Shown here: positions 1 through 8,160 of the stretch, piece after piece
How positions within the stretch are numbered: the stretch's first letter is position 1
Layout: every line of letters begins with the position of its first letter
Position numbers and translations under genes: made by a program
The notes under the pieces: generated by a model
The model's input: only the letters and a program-made list of their open reading frames with translations
What the model was told of the DNA's origin: nothing
Database searches by the model: none
Origin: Asterionella formosa
Taxonomy: Eukaryota
DNA: 36,378 nt
Assembly (NCBI GenBank): GCA_002256025.1
Contig: NKIB01015343.1
Coordinates: 1-36,378 of the forward strand
Reading direction: 5' to 3'

Positions 1-297
1 GAGACGTAGAAAACGAGAAGGCACTATGAGAATTCCTGTAGGAAAGGATGTGTCGAGCATACACATTAGGATGATGTGGTATGTCGAGCATCAACAGGGG
101 AGGGTGTCAGAGTGTGTCTGTTAGGCTGTTGATGTCGACAGGTGTCCGAAGACTAGGTAGTCTGAGGAATGTCTAAACGGAAATAGGCAGGATTTATATA
201 GCAGAAGAATCTGCAGACGAGCGGCGTGAGAAAGATCTTGACCGGTCATTCCAGGGCAGTACTGGAGCGCGCTAGAGTGGCGCCATATATTTCAACA
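1..297 (-). mobile_element. Possible start of a Ty1/Copia-type LTR (5' LTR or solo LTR), truncated by the window edge
   Basis: The + strand segment ends ...ATATATTTCAACA at 297, so the - strand starts TGTTGAA, a typical Copia LTR terminus. A - strand TATATAAA lies about 100 bp inside (~193-200). No ORF; short internal repeat TGTCGAGCAT x2. The partner LTR end, PBS and PPT are not visible. Confidence 0.35.
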
Positions 298-616
298 CAT
301 CAATACGGTAATTTCGATATCGGTTCAAAGCATCAGTTTTTAACTGGGGGTTATTCCTGGTACTGGTACCACGTATCGCTCAGTTCCATGCTGTGGGCAT
401 GATGCATCCTTCGGTTTGTATGCTGTACATACCTGATGGTACCAGGTACAAGTACGAGGAGTACCTTACTCTACCTGGTACCAGGTACTGGTACCTACCG
501 GCGATACTCACTATGATGATATTCTTGATTCACCATGGTGCTTGTATCGTACTCCGAGTACATACTTCTCGATAGTATCGGCAACCTCATTTCATTGCTG
601 CTGAACCAATTTAATA

Positions 617-3271
617 ATGAAGAGGAACTGTCATCAGGATCCGGAGAAAATCTACAGCAGAAAGGTCCTCGACCTATTTTCCACTGTTCGATCGTCAACG
701 TCGCAAGAATCGAAAGCCAGCGCTTTGGAAGCCATTGCAGTTTCTTGTGTTCTTCAGCCTGAAAACATTCGAGAGGAGGCTGCTATTTTTTTAATTCAAG
801 AAGTAGTCACTGTTGGAAATCATTACAGTGCTCTTGATCTTGCGATTGAAGCTTGTGGTCCATTGCAGGCCCTGTCGGCTTGTTCCATTACACTCAATGA
901 ACTTGCTAATGAAAATGATACGACAACAGAATCTCCGTGTGCTCTGCAAACATCGCTACGAATAATAAGAAAGTTTCTGTTATCCATCGCTTTGACAAAG
1001 GAGCAGATTTGGTTGGACAGCCTCGAACAATCGCAAGAGGAGATGCTAATTCCACAACGAGGCGCGAATCCAGAGGGCCTAGTGAGAATGGTAATTTTAT
1101 TTCCAGTGCAAATCGCAAATGCCTGCAATAAGCAAAAGGTTTTGCTTCCAATATGGTGTGTCAGATCTCGTTTCCTCTCGAGATTGCTCCATTCTGCGCT
1201 TCGGATGAAAGCTTTGTTACCATCGGACAATACTACCATAACTAATACTGCAAATACTGCAACCAGATATGTGACGCTCCTTGTTTCAAATCTTGTGCAT
1301 AGTGGGTCCAGCGACGAAGTGGCAACTGGTCTATATCAGCACTACGAAAAACAGAAACTACATCATGAAAACAGATTCTCACGAGACGTGTTGGAAATAT
1401 TGAAAGAGATCAAGTCACCACGAGAATTGAGCCTGTTGCTTCGATCGATTTTACGACATACACTCTCTTTAAAAAAAACTGCAAGTACAACAGCCTATGC
1501 TAAATTATGCAAAGAAGATCTAATGCATTATCTCGAGTTATCATGCAAACCAATCCTTGAATGCAGCCGATACAACCAAGATGCTTGGGTGCAGGTTATG
1601 ATCCTGTCGCAATCGTCTATTGGTGCTGACACAAAGTCGAATCGAATCATATGCAACGCCGTTTCCCATGTCCTTGCTTCTTGCAATAGTGCCGAATGTC
1701 CCGATGATGATGATGATGATAGTAGTAGCGATGACGACGAAGAGTGCATGCAAGGAAAACACCGAATCTTGCAGCGTCAATTGTACAACGTTGCATTTTC
1801 TTGGTCAGAACGGACCTTTGTGAATGCATCAGACTTGACTCTTCAACGACATGCAACGAGTTTTATACTTTCTGCACTCAACACCTTACCTAAACATCAA
1901 AATGAAGCAAATTCACGTGTAATGACTATGCTGATGAAAGGTGTTGGTCTACGGTTGGAATCGAGTATTCAAGATATTCGGCATGATGGTATGATCATTG
2001 GAGAAGTTGTTGCGAAGCGGTTAGGTCAAGATCTTCATTTTGATGAACTCAATGGCAATCGGGAAGAAATTAGTTTTTTGGATGATGACTTGCCTGAAGA
2101 CAAGAACGAGGTACCTATTCAAGGGATTATACTACCAGTCGTCAAGTCACGACGAAAGAAACGTAATAAACCTATCAATCCTGATGAAGAATATGTCAGC
2201 AGCGACGACGAGACAAATGCTGAATCTGAGATCGACGAAGTCTCATGCGATGACGACTCTCTCTGGGACGATGATCTGATTCCTTACTTGCTGGAAGATG
2301 ACGAAGAAGACTTGCGTTCTACTCCACGTCCATACTACCTCCGTGAATGCCTTAATCTATTTAGAATCGACGAGAAAGACGAAAACGGCCCCAGTCAGCT
2401 GGAAACTGCGTTGCAGGAACTCGAACCCTTAGTTCGTACGAAGCCCATAGATTTACCAGATCTTGCGGTACCATTAACGCGAGAACTTCTGCGGATGCAA
2501 GATACCTTCGAAATAAATAGATTCGATGAGCTGCGGATGGCTAGTTTAGTTGCGCTCGCAGTACATGAACCCCTCTCTGTTGGAAATTGCATAATAAATC
2601 AAATGTTTGGCGGAGACTGGGGTCTGTCGGTCAGGCTCGACATTTTACAAACAATTGAAACGGCGTCGTATGAGCTTTGTGGTGCAAAATCTTTCGCTGC
2701 GAAGAATTTCTTAAGCGAAAAGCCAATATCAAATGGCAAGGTGCACAAAAATGAGATCGTTGAATCGCGGACTAGGCGGTGGCGAAGTCTGTCAAGGGAA
2801 ACGGTCACAGTTGCAAACCGCTTTGGCCAAGTGGCACCTGTTTGGTTTTATGAGCTGGTCGGAGGTTTTGTGAGATCTAGGGATGATCCGAAGTTATGGG
2901 GTAGCGCCAACGGCGCCCGGCTTTTGTCGGCCTTCATGATGACACTTGCGACCATTGTTGAATGTGCTGGAATGTCAATGGGAACCGAAATTTTAGCCAA
3001 GGATTTGATACAATTCTGCTGGACTTTTCGCGTTGCTGAGGCGGCAGAGATCAGGCGATCTGTTCTGTTTGCAATTGCCAACAGCCTGGTCATATTAAAA
3101 GATGACATGTTGTTGGACGTCTTACATGGCAGAAGTGGAGAAAATATTTCGGATTTCTTACAACGGTCAGCGTTGGAAGATTCAGACAAAACGTGCCGTA
3201 GCATCGCGATTACTCTTTCCAAGGGCATCGGAGAAGCACTGCGATCTGATCGCTCCTTGCTATACAACTAG
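617..3271 (+). CDS. TELO2: Telomere length regulation protein TEL2 (TTT complex, PIKK co-chaperone), 884 aa, apparently single exon
   Basis: Long ORF with TEL2 signature segments GVGLRLESSIQDIRHDGMIIGE, the acidic linker ending DDDLIPY...PYYLRECL, RFDELRMASLVAL, SVRLDIL, SRTRRW and NRFGQVAPVWFYEL. Confidence 0.9.
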   Translation: MKRNCHQDPEKIYSRKVLDLFSTVRSSTSQESKASALEAIAVSCVLQPENIREEAAIFLIQEVVTVGNHYSALDLAIEACGPLQALSACSITLNELANENDTTTESPCALQTSLRIIRKFLLSIALTKEQIWLDSLEQSQEEMLIPQRGANPEGLVRMVILFPVQIANACNKQKVLLPIWCVRSRFLSRLLHSALRMKALLPSDNTTITNTANTATRYVTLLVSNLVHSGSSDEVATGLYQHYEKQKLHHENRFSRDVLEILKEIKSPRELSLLLRSILRHTLSLKKTASTTAYAKLCKEDLMHYLELSCKPILECSRYNQDAWVQVMILSQSSIGADTKSNRIICNAVSHVLASCNSAECPDDDDDDSSSDDDEECMQGKHRILQRQLYNVAFSWSERTFVNASDLTLQRHATSFILSALNTLPKHQNEANSRVMTMLMKGVGLRLESSIQDIRHDGMIIGEVVAKRLGQDLHFDELNGNREEISFLDDDLPEDKNEVPIQGIILPVVKSRRKKRNKPINPDEEYVSSDDETNAESEIDEVSCDDDSLWDDDLIPYLLEDDEEDLRSTPRPYYLRECLNLFRIDEKDENGPSQLETALQELEPLVRTKPIDLPDLAVPLTRELLRMQDTFEINRFDELRMASLVALAVHEPLSVGNCIINQMFGGDWGLSVRLDILQTIETASYELCGAKSFAAKNFLSEKPISNGKVHKNEIVESRTRRWRSLSRETVTVANRFGQVAPVWFYELVGGFVRSRDDPKLWGSANGARLLSAFMMTLATIVECAGMSMGTEILAKDLIQFCWTFRVAEAAEIRRSVLFAIANSLVILKDDMLLDVLHGRSGENISDFLQRSALEDSDKTCRSIAITLSKGIGEALRSDRSLLYN

Positions 3272-3597
3272 GCGAGTCGGAACCGAAGAAAAAAAAATAG
3301 ATTGCACGAACTGACTAATTCAAAAGAATGAAGACGAACTTCTTTTTTCCCTTTGATCATCAAGTAACCCAACCTAATCGGGGATAAGATCCCATGTTCT
3401 TGTGATAGGTCTAATAAAACATTGCACGTTTAGCACGATTTCGCGTAGTAAACCTGTTGAATGGATATTAGGCGTTTTGCTCCTTCCACGAACTCAATCA
3501 AATTGAAAAAGCTTTTATACTTCGCGCAAGGCAGGATGGAATCCACTAACAGAATTTCTCAAACAAGTTCGCTATAAGGGTACAGTTCATACTGGCA

Positions 3598-6500
3598 TCA
3601 AAGGTCTGCTTCTGAAACCGGAAAACTGATCTCAAGAATCCTTCCATCCGGCTCACATTCAATACCCTCCCAGTTACATACATCAATACCCTCATCTTTC
3701 CAGTTTGTTCTTTCGCCTACTTCCCACTCGTCACCCCGCATAACGTCGTAGAAAACTGTGAGGAAATCTTCTAGCTTCAGCGTTGTGCATGACATTCCTC
3801 CAAGGTACATTGTGGTTTCAGATTCCGGGCACGGTTTGCAGCCAGAGGCGGCGACAGCAAAACCAGTATCTTCTATAAATCCAAGTGGACACAAAATTGC
3901 ATCGCATCCCCACTGCCTTGTACGTCCTCCATTTATTATTTTATTCTCACACAGGAGTTGGGGAATGGGGTCATGCAAACGATTTCCGCCCAGTCGAAGA
4001 TCCTTGAGGGATCGTGAAAGTCCAAAGGATGTAGGGATGCTTCCAGAAATAATGTTTGCAGATGCGTCAAACCAAATTAAATCCTGGAGGGTTCCCAAGG
4101 CGTGCGGAATCGTCCCTGTTAGCCTATTTTTTTTCAAATGAATTATTTGCAGAACATCAATATTCGCAAGAGAAACAGGAATAGTCCCCATCAGTTCGTT
4201 GTTGAACGCATCAATCCGTTTCAAACTCCTAGCGTCGCCAATTTCTGATGGAATCGTTCCGGAGATATGGTTGCCATAGATTTCAAGGTTCTCTAGCACG
4301 ACTAGCTTTCCGATTGAGGATGGGATCGGCCCCTTCAAATTTGATAAACGGGACAACATCAACTCACGGATATTTTCAAGGTTGCCGAGCTGTGAAGGTA
4401 TCGTGCCTGATAAGGGATTGATGCTTAGATTCAGTTTCTCTAGCTGCGTCAGTTCAAAGATCTCGGATGGAATCGTTGAATTCAAGCGACAGCCTGAAAG
4501 ATTCAAAACATTTAGATTCAATAATTTTCCCAACTCCGATGGAATTGCGCCGCTGAGTTGGAAGCAATTGGAAAGGTCCAAGAAGCGCAGCTTGGTTAAT
4601 TTTCCGAACTCAGTTGGAATCGTTCCCCGCAGATGCTGGCGTCGAGGCATGGAAAGGACTTCTAAGGAACTGAGCAGTCCAAGCTCAGCAGGGAGACCTG
4701 CACATTGATCAAGACTCCTCTTATTGCTATTACCATTGCCATTGCCATTGCCATTGCCACATAGAGCAGCATCCGACAAGTCGATTCGAGCAATTTCTTG
4801 TCCAACGCAAGTAATACCGGTTAGTTCACATTCATGAACATCCAAGTCATGCCAAGGTAGGTAACGTTCACCCCAGTTTAGCCCATTTGTGTAAAAGTAA
4901 AGCATTCTCAAAATTTCTCTTGGAGAAAGGACGCCATCTGCGTTGACGTCTCCTTGCACAAAGACAACCCCTGGACATTTTGTGCGTCCCAAGAGTTGGG
5001 ACTTTGGAGGTTCCATACGTTCACCACGGCGCGTGTTCGGGCAATATCGACATCCAGCAATGGCACTGGCCCCACCATTAGGATGAAAGGTTCCCGGCGG
5101 ACACAGCAAAGCATCACAACCGTACTCTCTGATTAAGAAGGAGTCGGTTTTTGAGTAATCGCATAGCCCCCAAGGAATTTCTCCAACAAACCGATTTCCA
5201 GTCAGATTCACCTCCTTGAGATGTGTGAGAAATGCAAGCTCGGTTGGGATTGTGCCAGTGAAGTCATTGGCTGGCATTGACAGCTTTCGAAGATGACGCA
5301 TATGTCCAATGTGGTAGGATATAGTACCGGTCAACCTGTTGAAGCCAATGTCAAACTGTTGCAAACTGCTACTAATCCCTACAAGTAAAGCCGGGGGTAG
5401 AGTCCCCCTGAATCTATTTTGTTCCAAAGACAAGGATGTCAGCTTCTTGACTTTGCTCCATTGGAAGCCGTCCAAATAATTCCCACGCTTGAGAAGATCA
5501 TCACCTTCTGGGATTGTTCCGGTCAAAGAGTTCCACCCTACATCCAAACTCTCAAGGTCGGGCAGGCTGAATAATTCAGTTGGTATTTTTCCTGCCAGAC
5601 GATTCGAGCGTAGGTTCAGGAGTGCCAGGCGAGTAACATGTTCCAATTCAGAAGGAATTGGTCCGCTTAGTTTGTTGTCACTTAGATTCAAAAACATCAA
5701 ATTCGATAGTGATTCGAATTCTGTAATGAGTGATCCTGTCAAATGATTGCTTTCCAAAAATATTCCCTCTAAAGACTTCATTCTCCGTATCTCTGGCGGA
5801 ATGGTGCCTGAAAGGCTGTTGTGGCTGATATCTAAGAAACGAAGGTTTGACAAGTTAGTCAAATGATAGCTGATTGGTCCTTCGAGCTTGTTATTTCCGA
5901 GCCATAGCTCTCTCAAATTTTCTGAAACATGATGAAGCTGCCAAGGTAACGTGCCTGTCAGTCGATTGTTCGTCAGGTCCAAGTACGACAGAGATGAGAC
6001 CAACCCGAACTGAGTGGGTATTGTACCCTGCAAAGAATTTGAATGCAAATCCAGGAAGGATAGTTGCGTCAGCATAAACAGCTCCCACGGCAGAGTCCCA
6101 TCCAGCCGCCTCTTTGACAAGTCAATTTTCGTAACGGCAGAGTCAGCGACGCCTCCACCAGAAGACGAAATTGGGTTTTCTGAATGATTGACGCTTTTAC
6201 CCAACTTGCGATTAATCCGATAGGGAGTGGTGGCGGTCTTAGCTCCGCAAGTGATGCCTTCCCATTCGCAGACAAGAATGCTCTCATTCAACCAATTTGC
6301 GGCTCCTTCTAATCCTCTCGGTGACCTCTCACTCTTGTCTGTGTCTGGATCGCTGTCTTTACCATAGGACAAGGCATGATACAAAATCTCCAACGTGAGA
6401 CGCTCAGTCCACCGTCCTTGATTCATGTAAAAGTCCACTTCCTTCACAATCCGATCCCTCGTCAGTGCGCTCATAAATACAGGAACCTCCATACGCACAA

Positions 6501-6657
6501 AGCCGTGCTTCGAGTCTTTGTATTCCAGGATGCTGTCGTCGCCTTCCACTGACATGAAGCTGTATTCCGCGTCGTCGAGGCATTGCACGCAGAGGAAGGC
6601 TAGAACGAACAACAAGATGAGCGTCCATGGAACATTCCTCATCATGGTACATACCAC
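3598..6657 (-). CDS. Secreted leucine-rich-repeat protein (plant-type LxxLxLxxNxLxGxIP repeats), 1019 aa, no kinase or TM domain
   Basis: Hydrophobic N-terminal signal peptide (WTLILLFVLAFLCVQC). Two LRR blocks, each preceded by an N-cap (NWL...CEWEGITC; NWG...CELTGITC) and followed by a Cys-rich GCDA[L/I]LCP.G motif. A third N-cap ends the protein. Confidence 0.9.
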   Translation of the reverse strand: MVCTMMRNVPWTLILLFVLAFLCVQCLDDAEYSFMSVEGDDSILEYKDSKHGFVRMEVPVFMSALTRDRIVKEVDFYMNQGRWTERLTLEILYHALSYGKDSDPDTDKSERSPRGLEGAANWLNESILVCEWEGITCGAKTATTPYRINRKLGKSVNHSENPISSSGGGVADSAVTKIDLSKRRLDGTLPWELFMLTQLSFLDLHSNSLQGTIPTQFGLVSSLSYLDLTNNRLTGTLPWQLHHVSENLRELWLGNNKLEGPISYHLTNLSNLRFLDISHNSLSGTIPPEIRRMKSLEGIFLESNHLTGSLITEFESLSNLMFLNLSDNKLSGPIPSELEHVTRLALLNLRSNRLAGKIPTELFSLPDLESLDVGWNSLTGTIPEGDDLLKRGNYLDGFQWSKVKKLTSLSLEQNRFRGTLPPALLVGISSSLQQFDIGFNRLTGTISYHIGHMRHLRKLSMPANDFTGTIPTELAFLTHLKEVNLTGNRFVGEIPWGLCDYSKTDSFLIREYGCDALLCPPGTFHPNGGASAIAGCRYCPNTRRGERMEPPKSQLLGRTKCPGVVFVQGDVNADGVLSPREILRMLYFYTNGLNWGERYLPWHDLDVHECELTGITCVGQEIARIDLSDAALCGNGNGNGNGNSNKRSLDQCAGLPAELGLLSSLEVLSMPRRQHLRGTIPTEFGKLTKLRFLDLSNCFQLSGAIPSELGKLLNLNVLNLSGCRLNSTIPSEIFELTQLEKLNLSINPLSGTIPSQLGNLENIRELMLSRLSNLKGPIPSSIGKLVVLENLEIYGNHISGTIPSEIGDARSLKRIDAFNNELMGTIPVSLANIDVLQIIHLKKNRLTGTIPHALGTLQDLIWFDASANIISGSIPTSFGLSRSLKDLRLGGNRLHDPIPQLLCENKIINGGRTRQWGCDAILCPLGFIEDTGFAVAASGCKPCPESETTMYLGGMSCTTLKLEDFLTVFYDVMRGDEWEVGERTNWKDEGIDVCNWEGIECEPDGRILEISFPVSEADL
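4733..4756. repeat. (CCATTG)4 microsatellite encoding a Gly-Asn tract in the LRR protein
   Basis: Direct tandem repeat; translates on the - strand as CGNGNGNGNGNS. Confidence 0.85.
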
Positions 6658-7013
6658 AAAAACTTCGGTGATACAATAGTATGTATCGCATGATATAAAA
6701 CAACACCATCTTGATATGCCGTATGAATGTAGTGCTATGTTTGAATTATCAATACCTGTATGTTGTGTACACCCTCTATATTTACGATAGTATGGCGGAG
6801 TATCATGTCATGTATATACAAACAATCCGCACCGTAAGACTGATGAATGATATTCTTTACATCTATCATATACAATATTTTAGGTATGTCATAATTAGAT
6901 ACGCGTTATTATGCATGTACAGTGCAAGCATACCGGTACATGCTGTCTATGTATGACATTTGTACGTCAGAGATGTGGTTTCACATTTTTATGTCACATA
7001 AAACAACTTCATC

Positions 7014-7976
7014 ATGGCAATTGCGCAGACAGCGTTTCATGGTGGCTGGATCCTTGTTATCTTTCCATTTCTTCTTCATCTATCTGTTTCTACTCCGTCT
7101 CCACGAAATTCCCTCACTAATTCTGGCACTCAATCAATTCCAGGAAATGCAGCAGTCATCCAGAACTACAACGATATTTTCCGCAAACAAAATCATTCCA
7201 CGGTAGCCTTTCGAGGCGATGACGGAACCGACAATAAGGATGCACCATCAGGGCCTATCATCTCCCCGTCTCTTCTTGCATGTGATTGGTCCTCTATTAA
7301 ATCAGAAGTTGCCAGATGCCTAGCTTCTGGCGTTTCTCGCTTGCACATTGATGTCTTCGACGGAGTGTTCCTGGATTCTCCACTGGCATTTACGTTTGGC
7401 CCTCAAATGATTCGGGCCATTCACCAGAGTTGCGATGGAGAACCAGCCGAGCTAGATCTGCACGTTTGCGTCGAGCAACCAAAGCGCTTTGTCGAACCCA
7501 TGGCAGAGGCAGGTGCCACTCGATTTATCTTTCAGTGGGAAGCCATGTCAGGGGACAGGGTAGAAGCCGCCACTGGACTGGCCAAGGACATTTGCCGAGC
7601 CGGCATGAAGTGTGGAGTGTCCATCAACCCAAATACAACTCATGAGGAAATTATGCCTCTCCTTGAAACGGGACTTGTGGATGTGGTGGATTGTTTGGCA
7701 GTGAACCCTGGCTTTGGGGGACAGACATTCCAAAACTGCACACTGGGAAAAATGAAGTCACTTGCAGAATGGCGGAAGAAAAATTCTTTGAGCTTTCTCA
7801 TCATGTGTGATGGAGGGGTTAATAACGAAACTGTTGGCGCCATCACTCAATCAGGGGCTGATATTCTTGTAGCAGGGACTTTTCTCTTTAGCCATCCGTA
7901 TGGATTGGGGTATGGATTGGACGAACTCAGAAGATCCTCTAGAAACGAGGTAGATAACACTACAGGTATTCCTTGA
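7014..7976 (+). CDS. RPE: Ribulose-phosphate 3-epimerase family protein (divergent paralogue) with an ~80-aa N-terminal extension
   Basis: Family motifs ISPSLL, LHIDVFDG, DLH, GVSINPNT, VNPGFGGQ, DGGVN and GADILVAGT. The His/Asp/His/Asp metal ligands are retained. The start codon is uncertain. Confidence 0.88.
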   Translation: MAIAQTAFHGGWILVIFPFLLHLSVSTPSPRNSLTNSGTQSIPGNAAVIQNYNDIFRKQNHSTVAFRGDDGTDNKDAPSGPIISPSLLACDWSSIKSEVARCLASGVSRLHIDVFDGVFLDSPLAFTFGPQMIRAIHQSCDGEPAELDLHVCVEQPKRFVEPMAEAGATRFIFQWEAMSGDRVEAATGLAKDICRAGMKCGVSINPNTTHEEIMPLLETGLVDVVDCLAVNPGFGGQTFQNCTLGKMKSLAEWRKKNSLSFLIMCDGGVNNETVGAITQSGADILVAGTFLFSHPYGLGYGLDELRRSSRNEVDNTTGIP

Positions 7977-8160
7977 ACCACGTAGCAATCAATTTGTTTC
8001 AGTACTATAGCCATGGTCTAGCAAGCTACGATACTCTTACTCCTGAAGGGGAATAGACAATTAATGCCATAACATTCATGTCATACAGGTATTACATATG
8101 CTAAAAAGAGAAACAACCACCCCAAAACAACAAGGAACCCCCATGATTTCGTGTTGTCGC

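Noticed and set aside
355..500. Telomeric or interstitial telomere repeats next to TEL2
   Set aside because: The motifs are palindromic permutations, not tandem TTAGGG-type units; proximity to TEL2 looks coincidental because the same clusters occur across the window.
393..575. Short ORFs with PGTRY/YQVP-type peptides (also 27638-28049, 28583-28846, 29995-30310)
   Set aside because: These are translations of the GGTACCAGG palindrome clusters and AT-rich DNA, not genes.
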